From assembly GCA_965228855.1 (NCBI GenBank), contig CBDDIJ010000003.1, positions 672,001 to 736,000 on the forward strand: a stretch of 64,000 bases of DNA, written 5' to 3'. Of this stretch, positions 9,798 to 20,349 are shown piece after piece; the stretch's first letter is position 1, and the number at the start of each line of letters is the position of its first letter. The notes below the pieces were generated by a model. The model made no database searches, was not told the origin of the DNA, and worked only from the letters and a program-made list of their open reading frames with translations. Both the position numbers and the translations under genes were made by a program. Source of the stretch: Candidatus Obscuribacterales bacterium. Lineage in GTDB: Bacteria; Cyanobacteriota; Vampirovibrionia; Obscuribacterales; Obscuribacteraceae.

Positions 9798-12260
9798 TCA
9801 GATCTTCAATAAGAGTTTGTGCTTTGCAAAGTTTACTATCAAGAGGTAAGTTGCCGTCGCGAAGAATAAAAAGGCATAAAAGGTTGAAGGCAGTTGACTG
9901 AATCCGAGCATCGAAGCCAGTGGTGACAGCGGCAATATAATTCCAACCAGAACAACCGTTATAGTCGACACCACAAGTGGTGCGCTAGGCCGACTCTTAA
10001 GCGGATTGCCGGTTGTGCGAATAACGAATATTACGAGGGTCTGGGTTGCAAGAGATTCGACAAACCAACCGGTGTGAAAGAGTTTTTCGTCTGCGCTGAA
10101 AAAGTTTAAAAGCACATAAAACGTCAGGAAGTCATACAACGAGCTGATTGGTCCGATTGTAAGCATGAAATTGCGGATTCCGTCCACGTTCCAGCGATGC
10201 GGTTTTCTTGCATAACTCTCGTCGATTCTGTCCGTTGGAATAGTCACTTGAGCGAGATCGTAGAGGAAATTATTGAGGAGAATTTGAGTCGGTAACATTG
10301 GCAGAAATGGTAGTAATAGTGATGCTCCAGCCATGCTGAACATATTTCCGAAGTTTGAGCTGGTTCCCATCAAGAGGTATTTGACGACATTTCCAAACGC
10401 TTTTCGGCCTTCCCGGATTCCCTCGTGGAGTATCTTTAAGTCTCTCTCCATCAGAATAATTTCTGCGGACTCCTTCGCAACGGCAGTTGCATTTGCTACT
10501 GAGATTCCAACATCGCAAGCATGCAGAGACGGTGCGTCATTTATGCCGTCTCCCAGAAAGCCGACCACGTGTCCGCGTGCCTTTAGCGCTAGTATTATTC
10601 TATATTTCTGCGCGGGTGTGACGCGCACAAAAACACTGTGTTTTTCCGCGAGTTGAGCTAAGGCGGGTTGTGTAAGTCTATCTATATCTTTGCCCTGGAT
10701 AATTCGCTTTGTACTTATTCCGACCTGCGAGCATACATGAGCAGTCACGAGCTCGTTATCGCCAGTCAGAATTTTTACCTTAATACCATCTCGGCGCAGA
10801 GCGGAAATTGTTTCTGCCGCATCCGAGAGAACAGGATCCTCGAATGCCAGAAAACCAGCAAGTGTAAGCTCGGTTTCATCCGCTTTACTCCACAATGTCT
10901 TCTGCGTGCTGACTGTTTTGAACGCGACGGCAATTACTCGGAATCCTTGACGGCTAAGATCTCTCCAGCGTTCATCAACCTTCGCTAGGGTCTCATGATC
11001 CAGATTCTGCAGTCTACCGGACATCATGACTTGAGTGCAGCAGTTGAGGACCGCTTCTGGTGCACCTTTTGAGATAAGGACGCATTCTGAATCCTTCACA
11101 ACGACAGATAGCCTTCTGCGCTCAAAGTCGAAAGGAATCTCGTCTAGTTTTTCAGTGGAGGAAACGTTTAGCGTTTCGTAATTCAGAATTGCCTGATCGA
11201 GAGAGTTCTTGATGCCGGTTTCATAAAAGCTGTTGAGATACGCCATCCGCAAAACCTCTTGAGACTTCTCACCGCTCGGGTCGCAGAAGATTCTGAGTGT
11301 TAGTTCGCCTGAGGTTAGCGTTCCCGTCTTATCGCTACAAAGGACATCTATACTGCCAAAGTTTTGAATGGCCGACAGGTGTTTGACGATAACCTTTTTT
11401 TCCGCCATTCGCAGCGCGCTCTGTCCTAGTGTCACTGTCATGATCATTGGTAGGAATTCCGGCGTGAGTCCAACGGCAAGTGCCAGTGCGAAAAGAAGCG
11501 ACTGAATTGGATCTCGCCCATAACACAGATTGGTCGTCAGCACGAATAGCACAAGTATGAAAACGGTTTTGCAAATCAACATTCCGAATTTGCGGGTTCC
11601 ACGTTCGAATTCGGTTTCCGGAGACTTCGCAGACAATTGACTTGCAATCGTGCCGAACTGCGTTCTCGACCCGGTGGCGAAGACTAGAGCAGTTGCTGTT
11701 CCGCTGACAATTGAACTGCCCATAAAAACTTTTGCTCGATCATCATCATGGTCGGTTTCATCTTCAACGATTTTCTCCACAGGAAAGGATTCGCCGGTTA
11801 AAGCCGCTTCGTTGACGTGAAGATCAATTGCTTTGATTATTCGAGCATCGGCCGGAACCAGGTCTCCCGCGCACAATCGAATGAAGTCTCCTGGAACAAT
11901 TGACCTCACCGGCACTTCAGTCCACTGCCCGTCACGCTTGGCGCTGGCAGTTTGCGAAACTTTTGACTTCAGCAACTCTTCTGCATGCTGCGCCCTGCGA
12001 CTTTGGGTGAAGTCCAGTATTACACTGAAAAGTACGATTGTCGCGATAATGAGGCTATTGGTCGCTTCTCCGACAAAGGCGGAGATTGCGCTAGCCACAA
12101 GCAGGATGACTACAAGAGGATTAGTGAAGAACGATGCAAATTGGAGAATGACGTTAATTCTCCGCGCATGGCGAATTTCGTTGTATCCAAATTGAAGGTG
12201 AAGAGCTTCAACGTTCGCGGACGTCAAACCGGCGATCTCTGTTTTCTCCATTAGCTGCAT
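9798..12260 (-). CDS. mgtA: Magnesium-translocating P-type ATPase
   Basis: TGES, PEFLP, DKTGTLT, GDGINDAP, SSNFGN, LYDLAQ. Confidence 0.9.
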   Translation of the reverse strand: MQLMEKTEIAGLTSANVEALHLQFGYNEIRHARRINVILQFASFFTNPLVVILLVASAISAFVGEATNSLIIATIVLFSVILDFTQSRRAQHAEELLKSKVSQTASAKRDGQWTEVPVRSIVPGDFIRLCAGDLVPADARIIKAIDLHVNEAALTGESFPVEKIVEDETDHDDDRAKVFMGSSIVSGTATALVFATGSRTQFGTIASQLSAKSPETEFERGTRKFGMLICKTVFILVLFVLTTNLCYGRDPIQSLLFALALAVGLTPEFLPMIMTVTLGQSALRMAEKKVIVKHLSAIQNFGSIDVLCSDKTGTLTSGELTLRIFCDPSGEKSQEVLRMAYLNSFYETGIKNSLDQAILNYETLNVSSTEKLDEIPFDFERRRLSVVVKDSECVLISKGAPEAVLNCCTQVMMSGRLQNLDHETLAKVDERWRDLSRQGFRVIAVAFKTVSTQKTLWSKADETELTLAGFLAFEDPVLSDAAETISALRRDGIKVKILTGDNELVTAHVCSQVGISTKRIIQGKDIDRLTQPALAQLAEKHSVFVRVTPAQKYRIILALKARGHVVGFLGDGINDAPSLHACDVGISVANATAVAKESAEIILMERDLKILHEGIREGRKAFGNVVKYLLMGTSSNFGNMFSMAGASLLLPFLPMLPTQILLNNFLYDLAQVTIPTDRIDESYARKPHRWNVDGIRNFMLTIGPISSLYDFLTFYVLLNFFSADEKLFHTGWFVESLATQTLVIFVIRTTGNPLKSRPSAPLVVSTITVVLVGIILPLSPLASMLGFSQLPSTFYAFLFFATATYLLIVNFAKHKLLLKI

Positions 12261-12378
12261 TCTTGCTGTCCTTGTGGATGACTTCTATATTGACGCATGC
12301 GATATGCCTTCGCCTCGACCGTTCGGCGTAACACGCAGAAATCGCCCCATTGCTGTGTTGATTGGAAAAATGTTGGTT

Positions 12379-12395
12379 CATCCCATGGGACGATG
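12379..12395 (+). promoter_or_regulatory. Island motif CATC-N9-GATG
   Basis: tCATCccatgggacGATG between divergent mgtA and USP. Confidence 0.65.
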
Positions 12396-12448
12396 CTTTT
12401 ATTATGTTCGAGTGGGAAACTTATGGTGTCATATTTGGAGCACAACAA

Positions 12449-12922
12449 ATGAAGATATTGATTCCTGTCGAAGATGAAGAGTTGGCGAATGTTCAATTGG
12501 ATTTTGTCTTAAGTCATCATTGGCCTGAACCTACGAGTTTCAATGTTTTAAACGTACTGCATCATATCTACAAAGTTTCCGAAGAGGCTTCAGCCGAACA
12601 TCGTCATGCAGCAGAGCTCGTTAAGAACATTGCCCACAAAATTCAAGAATCGCGAACTAAAAGTGGTGTCACAATTAGTGTCGCCGAAGGCCGAACAGTT
12701 GAGGCGATTTTAAAGGTTGCGACCGAGTGGGAGTCGGACCTTATAATTCTAGCTTCGCACGGACGTAAGGGCCTTGGGCAGGCGGTTCTCGGGAGTGTTG
12801 CGTATGATGTGTTGGCGCAAAGCCCGTGCAGAACCATAATGCTCGGATTGCCTGCTCAAGCTGAAACTGCGACGAAACCGGTCAAGGAGACGATCGATAA
12901 ATTGCGCTTCGCGAAAGGTTAG
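12449..12922 (+). CDS. Universal stress protein
   Basis: MKILIPVED...ASHGRKGLGQAVLGSVA. Confidence 0.88.
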   Translation: MKILIPVEDEELANVQLDFVLSHHWPEPTSFNVLNVLHHIYKVSEEASAEHRHAAELVKNIAHKIQESRTKSGVTISVAEGRTVEAILKVATEWESDLIILASHGRKGLGQAVLGSVAYDVLAQSPCRTIMLGLPAQAETATKPVKETIDKLRFAKG

Positions 12923-13035
12923 ATGACGCTTTATGTCGAGGCATCCATCAGTCGGAAGAGGGATGCTGTCGATAGCCAACCGCGTCAAGATAAAGTTGAA
13001 TGGCTGAGTCTCTGTAATCAAAGGAAACCTCGATT

Positions 13036-14367
13036 ATGAATGCTATGGGAGATACCGATTGCGAGTCTGCTGACACGTTGCGTGATATTGAAAGGAAATA
13101 TGCGGAATTGAAACGCGACAACGAACAGCTTGAGAGTCTCGTGAAAATGGACTCCCTCACTTCCGTGCTCAATCGAAGAGGCTTGGAAAGTGTTCTTGCT
13201 CGCGAAATCGAGTATGCGAAACGAAATAAGACAGACCTGCTGGCCATCATGATAGACCTGGATGACTTCAAGCGAGTCAATGATGTGCATGGGCATTTTA
13301 CGGGCGATCTGGTGCTAAAGCATGTTGCCACCGTTCTTAAGGAATCAGTGAGAACCATCGACTGGCTTGGTCGCGTGGGGGGCGACGAATTTGTCATTTT
13401 ACTGCCTGACACTACTCTGATGAGTGGAGTAAAAGTGGCCGAGCGAATTCGTCGAGACTTGAGTTCAAAGGTGTTTCCTTTAGGCGATGACGAAATTCGG
13501 CAGACCGCAAGTCTTGGTGTAATTCAGCTGTCTATGAGTGTTTGCTCGATTGAGGAGATTTTAGAACTGACGAAATCGGCTCTAAAAGATAGCAAAATGC
13601 GCGGAAAAAATTGCGTCAGTTTTGGCGATGTTGGATCATTTCCGGGGCAACCATCGCAAAGGGCGTCCGAAGTAACTCTTCGCGACATCCTGCTGAATGA
13701 ATCTGCGCGCCGGGTCGTTGTACAGCCCATCGTGGATTTAAGAACAAGGGAAGAGGTCGGTTATGAAATTCTGACGAGAGGTCCGACTCCTGAGTTTGAG
13801 ATGCCTGAATCATACTTTAGAGCTTGCCGCGAAAGTGATCTTCTGACTCTTGTTGATCTTCAGTGCTTTTCCGCATCATTGCGGCGCTCACGAGATCTGC
13901 GTCCAGACACGGTGTGTTACTTGAACGTATTTCCTTCCACTCTTGTCGAAGCGCCGGTCGAAAATTTGATAGAGCAGCTGGGGCTGGTCGATGAGCCGGA
14001 ACGAAAGTACTGCATCGAAATAAGCGAAAGGCATATAAGGTCTCTTCCGGATTATTTAGTGGAGCCTCTAGCCAAATTACGCGATTTCGGCGTTCTAATT
14101 GGGCTTGATGATGTCGGATACGGTCATAGTTCATTAGAAGCTATTTTTGCGATCATGCCGGACGTTATGAAAATCGATGGACGATTGACTTATAAGATCG
14201 CTAGCAATCGAAGAAATCAGTTGATCCTCGCGAAATTGAAAAAATTCGCTGACTCACTAGAATCCATCCTCATTGCAGAGGAGGTTGAAACAGAAGATGA
14301 TGCCAGTGCACTCAAGCATCTTGGAATTGAGTACGGGCAAGGTCTGTTTACCGGAGGTCGCTTCTAA
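13036..14367 (+). CDS. GGDEF-EAL diguanylate cyclase/phosphodiesterase
   Basis: DSLT, DLDDFKRVND, GGDEF; QPIVD, EIL, DDVGYG, KID. Confidence 0.92.
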   Translation: MNAMGDTDCESADTLRDIERKYAELKRDNEQLESLVKMDSLTSVLNRRGLESVLAREIEYAKRNKTDLLAIMIDLDDFKRVNDVHGHFTGDLVLKHVATVLKESVRTIDWLGRVGGDEFVILLPDTTLMSGVKVAERIRRDLSSKVFPLGDDEIRQTASLGVIQLSMSVCSIEEILELTKSALKDSKMRGKNCVSFGDVGSFPGQPSQRASEVTLRDILLNESARRVVVQPIVDLRTREEVGYEILTRGPTPEFEMPESYFRACRESDLLTLVDLQCFSASLRRSRDLRPDTVCYLNVFPSTLVEAPVENLIEQLGLVDEPERKYCIEISERHIRSLPDYLVEPLAKLRDFGVLIGLDDVGYGHSSLEAIFAIMPDVMKIDGRLTYKIASNRRNQLILAKLKKFADSLESILIAEEVETEDDASALKHLGIEYGQGLFTGGRF

Positions 14368-14443
14368 GGACTTCAAGAGTCACCATTCTCTCGTCGCTTA
14401 TTCTTACACTCAATCTAAAGGATTACGAGGCACTTCCAAAAAT

Positions 14444-14460
14444 CCTCCTTGATGCTGATG
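14444..14460 (+). promoter_or_regulatory. Island motif, 1 mismatch
   Basis: tCCTCcttgatgctGATG, 20 nt upstream of GACAAT. Confidence 0.55.
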
Positions 14461-14573
14461 TTAAGTCCTTGAATCGGCGCGACAATGTGCGATAGCTATT
14501 TCAAAGCAGCTTGAGAACGGTTCGCAGATGAACCCGAACTCACGGAGCTGGTATCACATTAGAGGTTGAGGAG

Positions 14574-15041
14574 ATGCAAACCGCGAAAGCCGAAAAAGAC
14601 TGTTCAAAAGAGAACTTCAATTTCTTCGGTCGCTGGCGTAACCAGCATGGTTCGGAAATGAATTTGACCAAGTTCGAAGACGGCAAAATTTCCGGAACTT
14701 TCAGAACTGGTGTGGGAGCACATGAGCCTGGAGAGGTGCATTTGCTAACAGGTTTCGTGGCTGGCGGGCTCATTTCCTTTACAGTTAATTTTGGAAAGTA
14801 CGATACGCTAACGTCATGGACTGGGCAGCACAATCAAATCGACGGTCACGATCATATTGAAACAATGTGGCACCTGGCGCGTACTATACCGGAAAATGGT
14901 CGGCACGACCGATTGTGGGCTGGCGTCTGGACCGGCTCCGATACATTTAACCGCGTAGGTGAGGACAGTCAGCTCGATCACGATCTCTCCGATCGACCAA
15001 TGTTCATTCCGTCATATCCGTTGAAATTCTCAAAAAAATAG
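14574..15041 (+). CDS. Avidin/streptavidin family protein
   Basis: GRWRNQHGSEM, GKISGTF, FTVNF, TSWTGQ, TMWHL, WAGVWTGSDTF. Confidence 0.85.
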   Translation: MQTAKAEKDCSKENFNFFGRWRNQHGSEMNLTKFEDGKISGTFRTGVGAHEPGEVHLLTGFVAGGLISFTVNFGKYDTLTSWTGQHNQIDGHDHIETMWHLARTIPENGRHDRLWAGVWTGSDTFNRVGEDSQLDHDLSDRPMFIPSYPLKFSKK

Positions 15042-15133
15042 ACTTCCGGGCGATGCCACTTCCATAAGCCGGCACCGCCAATGGTATCGGCAATTTTGAC
15101 TCATTCCGGTGCGGCTGTCGAGGTTCGAGACGC

Positions 15134-16858
15134 ATGAGATACACCTGTGTAGCTTTTGATTACGATGGAACGTTAGCCTCTGATGGACGTGTCCCTGAAG
15201 ATGTGCTTCTCGCTCTTTCGAAGGTCAGGCAGACTGGTCGCGTTCTCGTACTTGTTACGGGACGAAGGTTGAACGAACTTTTAAAGATATTCTCGCACGT
15301 CACAATCTTTGACCTCATAATTTGCGAGAATGGCGCAGTCCTCTACGACCCGGTTACAAAAGCGGTCAAGTTGCTGGCTGAACCTCCAGGTCTAGAGTTC
15401 ATAAATAATCTGAGAGTTCGAGGAATCGACAATCTTGAAATCGGGCAAGTCGTCGTCGCGACGTGGCATCCGCACGAAACCATCGCCATTGAAGTGATAC
15501 AAGAGATGGGTCTGGATTTGCACATCACCTTTAACAAAGGTGCGGTGATGATTTTGCCTCCGGAAATTAACAAGGGAAGCGGTTTGCGCGCCGCACTTGG
15601 CGAATTGAATATCTCTTCGCATAACACATTAAGTATTGGAGACGCCGAGAATGATCTGGCCATGTTTGCGGCTAGCGAGTGTTCGGCGGCCGTCGCAAAT
15701 GCTTTGCCGAACGTCAAATCACATGCGTCGATCACCACTCGAGCAGACCATGGTCAAGGAGTGATCGAACTTTTAAACAGGCTGCTCGAGACTGACCTGA
15801 TTGAATGCGAGCAAGTTGTGCGCCAGCACCAAATTGGACTTGGTACTACTGATGATGGCAAGATGCTTGAGTTTAACGCATACAATTGCAGCATTCTAAT
15901 TGCCGGGCCGTCTAAGAGCGGAAAGTCGACCATCGCAATGTCTTTGCTTGAGAATATTGCGGCATGCGGATACCAGTACTGCGTAATCGATCCGGAAGGC
16001 GAGTATCATAGAGCTCCCAAAGCTGTTTTAATTGGTAATCAGCATTACGCACCGGACGTAAGCGACATAGTTCACGCTCTCGATAATCCGGCCGACAACG
16101 TTGTTGTAAATCTGCTGAGTGTCGACCTGAATGAACGTCCTGCATTCCTGGGCCGGCTAGTTTGCGCGTTGCAGGATATGCGCAGAACGCGCGGTCGGCC
16201 TCACTGGATTGTCGTCGACGAAGCACATCATATGCTCCATCCTTATTGGGATGAAACTTTGGAACCTGAGTGGAGCGAGCTTGGGTCGATTGTTCTAATT
16301 ACGGTAGACCCTGCTGAAATTTCCGGAAAAGTTCTGAGCGAAATCGATTTGGTCCTGGCGGTTGGACGCGACAGTCACAAAACATTCAAATCCTTCGCTG
16401 ACCATATTGGCCAACGTGCGCCTGAAGAGACCAAGGAGATTCCTGGATGGGGAACGGCAGTAGCCTGGTTTCGACATGAGCATATGCTCCCCGTGCGGAT
16501 GAGCATCGGCGTAACGCCGGTTGAACATCAGCGGCATATGCGAAAGTACGCTGCTGGTGACGTCGGAAGCCAGCGGAGCTTCTATTTTACTGGTCCTGAG
16601 AATCGGTTCAAAATTCGATGCCAGAATCTTTTTCTTTTTTTGCAAATATCTGATGGACTCGATGACTCGACCTGGAATTTTCATTTGAGACGAGGTGACT
16701 TTTCGAACTGGTTCAGAGATATAATTCGCGACCCAAGTCTTGCAAGCGAGACATGGCAACTGGAGAGAAACAACTCGCTGTCTGCTTTCGAGACGCGGCA
16801 AAGAATCAGAAAACTCATTGAACAGCGATATTCTCCGCCCACGAAACTATTAGGTTGA
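15134..16858 (+). CDS. HAD-IIB hydrolase fused to a HerA/DUF87-like P-loop domain
   Basis: DYDGTL, VTGR, GDAEND; GPSKSGKS, DPEGEY, VVDEAHH. Confidence 0.85.
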   Translation: MRYTCVAFDYDGTLASDGRVPEDVLLALSKVRQTGRVLVLVTGRRLNELLKIFSHVTIFDLIICENGAVLYDPVTKAVKLLAEPPGLEFINNLRVRGIDNLEIGQVVVATWHPHETIAIEVIQEMGLDLHITFNKGAVMILPPEINKGSGLRAALGELNISSHNTLSIGDAENDLAMFAASECSAAVANALPNVKSHASITTRADHGQGVIELLNRLLETDLIECEQVVRQHQIGLGTTDDGKMLEFNAYNCSILIAGPSKSGKSTIAMSLLENIAACGYQYCVIDPEGEYHRAPKAVLIGNQHYAPDVSDIVHALDNPADNVVVNLLSVDLNERPAFLGRLVCALQDMRRTRGRPHWIVVDEAHHMLHPYWDETLEPEWSELGSIVLITVDPAEISGKVLSEIDLVLAVGRDSHKTFKSFADHIGQRAPEETKEIPGWGTAVAWFRHEHMLPVRMSIGVTPVEHQRHMRKYAAGDVGSQRSFYFTGPENRFKIRCQNLFLFLQISDGLDDSTWNFHLRRGDFSNWFRDIIRDPSLASETWQLERNNSLSAFETRQRIRKLIEQRYSPPTKLLG

Positions 16859-16894
16859 AATTTGTCCGGTATGAGGAGAGTGTATGCCATCAAT

Positions 16895-16911
16895 CATCCC
16901 TTAGATAGATG
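16895..16911 (+). promoter_or_regulatory. Island motif CATC-N9-GATG
   Basis: tCATCccttagataGATG, 20 nt upstream of CAGAAT. Confidence 0.65.
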
Positions 16912-16974
16912 TCGACTCTTAATTAGCCAGTCAGAATAAACCGATAGCTACACCTTCTTTCAGGAGATCGAAAG

Positions 16975-17442
16975 ATGCTTTCCAGAGTGATCATCGCTAT
17001 AGAGGACACGAAGTTCGCACAAGCAATCGAGAAACAACTATGTCAAATAAAATGGTCCGACTCGACTGTTTTTAGAGTGGTACATGTCATCGAACCTAGC
17101 GATACGCTGTTGGCCTGGCCTAGCGAGGAATTGCGTGCTGAAGCGATGGTTCTTCTTGATAGCATCGCGAGCAATTTACGAAGACTCTTCCCGAACGCCC
17201 ATGTTGAAGAAGTTGTTTTGAACGGTCATGCAGGTGAGGCTATCATTGAAGATGCCGTAAGCTGGAAGGCCGATCTTATCGTAGCCGGTTCGCATGGCAA
17301 GCGCGGCGTACGGCGGTTTATGTTGGGAAGTGTTGCTGCTGCGATCTCCAACAATTCTCCCTGCTCCGTGTTGATCATCAGACCTGAATGTGAAACGAGA
17401 AAAGAGGAACAGCTAGCCCTTTCGGAAGGCGCTTCTGTTTAA
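16975..17442 (+). CDS. Universal stress protein
   Basis: AGSHGKRGVRRFMLGSVA...SPCSV. Confidence 0.9.
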   Translation: MLSRVIIAIEDTKFAQAIEKQLCQIKWSDSTVFRVVHVIEPSDTLLAWPSEELRAEAMVLLDSIASNLRRLFPNAHVEEVVLNGHAGEAIIEDAVSWKADLIVAGSHGKRGVRRFMLGSVAAAISNNSPCSVLIIRPECETRKEEQLALSEGASV

Positions 17443-17511
17443 AAAGCTCGTATTTTTCAAAGCAGGAAGCGAGTATTACTGAGTGAAATTCAACGAATTG
17501 AGGAGTGAATC

Positions 17512-18414
17512 ATGAGTTTTGAGAACATTTTGGTAGCGATCGATGGCTCGAAAAATAGTCAGATCGCCGCCGAATACGGTTTTTGGATCGCTAATAAACT
17601 GGATGCCTCCATTACTGGACAGCATGTTGTCGATCCTCGACTCGTTGATCTGTTCATCGAGCCAGAATTCGCAGAAGAGCTTGGCATGGATGTTTCCGTA
17701 GATACTTCTGAACGAGTTTGTAAGGCACTCAAGAAAATTGGTAAAGTGATTCTCGATCGGTTTGAAACTGAAGCAAAGCATCGTAACTTTGATGTGAAAG
17801 TTAATCTAAGTGAAGGTTACATAGTCGAGGAGATATTGAGATACTCTCAACAGTTCGACCTGTTGGTAGTTGGGCACAGAGGAAGAGGAGAAAGAGAGCT
17901 TCCTGCACATGCGCTACTCGGCTCAGTCGCTGAGAGAATTGTACTCGGCTCACACTTGCCTGTTCTGATCGCTGTTCAACCAATCGATAGGATTGAGGAA
18001 ATCCTGGTCGCGTTCGATGGTAGTGAGGCGGCCAAGGGTGCTTTGCTGATGGCTGAAAATTTTGCCAAGAATGTCAATTTAAAACTCAAAGCTGTTGTTG
18101 TCTGTGATGATGATACCGATAGTGGTGCAAGAGCTATAGCGGAGCAGGGTGAGAAGTGTCTTCGTGAATATTGGTCGCAGGATGTTTTTAGCATTCAAAA
18201 AGGCGATGTTCATCAAATTTTGTTGGAACGCTCTGAGTCTAACAACAGTTTGCTGGTCCTGGGTGCCTACGGTTTCACAAGTCCAGCGCAGAACGTTCTG
18301 GGGCGTACTACGACTTCAGTGATTCGGCAGACTCAGAAAAGCGTTCTGGTCTACAGACCCGCTCACCAGGCCAAGACGCAGAAGCCGACACATTCAAAAG
18401 CCGCCGTAAAATAG
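17512..18414 (+). CDS. Tandem-domain universal stress protein
   Basis: NILVAIDGS and EILVAFDGS; GHRG...LLGSVAE; LGAYG. Confidence 0.9.
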   Translation: MSFENILVAIDGSKNSQIAAEYGFWIANKLDASITGQHVVDPRLVDLFIEPEFAEELGMDVSVDTSERVCKALKKIGKVILDRFETEAKHRNFDVKVNLSEGYIVEEILRYSQQFDLLVVGHRGRGERELPAHALLGSVAERIVLGSHLPVLIAVQPIDRIEEILVAFDGSEAAKGALLMAENFAKNVNLKLKAVVVCDDDTDSGARAIAEQGEKCLREYWSQDVFSIQKGDVHQILLERSESNNSLLVLGAYGFTSPAQNVLGRTTTSVIRQTQKSVLVYRPAHQAKTQKPTHSKAAVK

Positions 18415-18513
18415 GCGGGTGACAGGCTGCATTTATATAAGAGCAAATGTGGACCGGTCAAGGTAACCGGTCCACATTGAAGTCGCTGTTGTCCAGCCCG
18501 TTAGAAGCTGTTT

Positions 18514-18759
18514 TTACTTGGACTCCTCAGCCATTAGCAACTCTTCATTGATAAGTTCACTTTCTGCCGCGAGCCAATCGTCCACATCATAGCCGTGAGT
18601 GCATCCGCGACTTTCCCATAGGGTGAAGGCTCTGATCGATATGAGCTGTTCTCTTTCAAAGGTGTGATGCTGCGGGGGATGTTTCGGTCTTTCCTTTGCG
18701 ATATCGGATGCTTTGTTTTCTCCAGCTTGGTTATTTTTGTTTCTCGTGGTGGTTTTCAT
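18514..18759 (-). CDS. DUF2934-like small protein
   Basis: ISIRAFTLWESRG...DDWLAAESEL. Confidence 0.8.
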   Translation of the reverse strand: MKTTTRNKNNQAGENKASDIAKERPKHPPQHHTFEREQLISIRAFTLWESRGCTHGYDVDDWLAAESELINEELLMAEESK

Positions 18760-18845
18760 AACATATCACTCCAAACCCTTTCCTCATTTTGTCTTCGAAA
18801 AACAGAACTGGGGCATGAGTTTCCCCTGCCCCAGTTCTATCAGGT

Positions 18846-19355
18846 TTAGCCAGCCTTGATATTTATTTGCTTTTCGTTCTTAATTGAGTCTTTTGATTTT
18901 GGAAGAGTCACGGTGAGCACTCCGTCTTTGTATATTGCGTCAACCGCGCTTTGCTCAACTTCGCATGGGAGCGGAATTGCTCTGTAGAATGACCCGTAGC
19001 TGCGTTCCATTCGATAATATCCTTTTTCCTTTTCTTCCTTTTCAACTTTCTTTTCACCCTTCAACACGAGGGTTTCACCGTTCAATGAGATGTTAATGTC
19101 CTTCATCTCAACGCCGGGGAGTTCTGCGCTGACAACGATGTCTTTGTCGTTGTCTTTCATATCGACTTTCGCGTGAAAGTCCCCAAGCTGTTCAAACACT
19201 GACGGGTGGATATTCCATCCGCCACGAAGTTCGTCAAACAATTTGTTCATCTCGTGCTGCAGTGATGCGAAGGGCGCCAAAAGCTCTCTTCGAGCAGGGG
19301 TCTTCTTCGTCTCTTCTTTCGTAGGTAGCATCGATTTCATAACTCTCTTCCTCAA
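18846..19355 (-). CDS. Hsp20/alpha-crystallin small heat-shock protein
   Basis: AELPGV, ERSYGSFYRAIPLP, YKDGVLTVTLPK; real start may be 19340. Confidence 0.92.
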   Translation of the reverse strand: MRKRVMKSMLPTKEETKKTPARRELLAPFASLQHEMNKLFDELRGGWNIHPSVFEQLGDFHAKVDMKDNDKDIVVSAELPGVEMKDINISLNGETLVLKGEKKVEKEEKEKGYYRMERSYGSFYRAIPLPCEVEQSAVDAIYKDGVLTVTLPKSKDSIKNEKQINIKAG

Positions 19356-19443
19356 AAAACTATTTTGTATGCGTAAACTTTGCGTAGCGACCGAGTTGCC
19401 ATCGCCACTGAAAACTATTTTCCGACAGCCGCTTCAATATGGC

Positions 19444-19460
19444 CATCTGCTGAAAGGATG
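19444..19460 (-). promoter_or_regulatory. Island motif CATC-N9-GATG
   Basis: tCATCctttcagcaGATG upstream of hsp20. Confidence 0.65.
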
Positions 19461-19675
19461 ATCTATCGACTTCTCAGAGGATGAGTCTGCGATGACCGTG
19501 ATAGAGGGCTCGAACGTTTTCTTATTCAGAGGTGCTGGTGACCCGAAAGTGAGTACTTGCTGATCTGGATGCAAAGCATAAATTCATTCTTTCGACTGAG
19601 TAAATTTCATTCTCAGAGTCAATGTGGACGTTCTAAAAATTTTACAAAATAGAAATACAAGTGGAGGGAATTAGG

Positions 19676-20344
19676 ATGATTGGAGATTACGGCGTTAGCG
19701 CCCCGATTCGTGAAAACGTTATGTTGTCGCTTGATGAGGCTGGTCTTGAAGGCGACCTCTCGATTCCTCGCGATGCCGTCGGCATAGTCTTGTTTGTCAA
19801 TGCAACCGCATCTAGTGGCGCAACCGCGCACCACCGCATGATGGTCGAAGAGTTGAATAGATTTGGAATTGCGACCCTTTCCCTGGACCTGTTGACGCCA
19901 GAGGAGGAAGAGAGCAACGGCTCTAAATGGAGATTCGATATTGATTTCCTCGCTCGTCGGGTGGAGGAGGCTGCTCGGTGGCTTCGCGAGTATCCTGACA
20001 CGCAGAAATTAAAGCTCGGGCTATTAGGTGCTAATACAGCAGCTGCCGCAGTCCTGGTTGCGGCGTCGGAGTTGCCACGGCAAGTAAGAGCTAATGTCGT
20101 CTATAGCGGCAGAACAGACTTGGCTGGAGATGCGCTTCCAAATGTTCAGGCTCCGACCCTGTTTGTTGTTGGAAACTCAGACCGAGAGAACGTTGAATTA
20201 AACAGACGCGCTGCTGAACAGTTGAAATGTGAACATCATACGGAGAAAGTTCCTGGAGCAACTCATACATTTTTAGAGGAAGGAACTTTTGAGCGTGCTT
20301 CTGAATTGACGAGACAGTGGTTCGATTGGTACCTGACTAGGTAG
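19676..20344 (+). CDS. Dienelactone hydrolase-like protein (paralog of 4545..5213)
   Basis: DLLTPEEE, RFDI, GANTA, GATHTFLEEG. Confidence 0.8.
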   Translation: MIGDYGVSAPIRENVMLSLDEAGLEGDLSIPRDAVGIVLFVNATASSGATAHHRMMVEELNRFGIATLSLDLLTPEEEESNGSKWRFDIDFLARRVEEAARWLREYPDTQKLKLGLLGANTAAAAVLVAASELPRQVRANVVYSGRTDLAGDALPNVQAPTLFVVGNSDRENVELNRRAAEQLKCEHHTEKVPGATHTFLEEGTFERASELTRQWFDWYLTR

Positions 20345-20349
20345 CCGGC

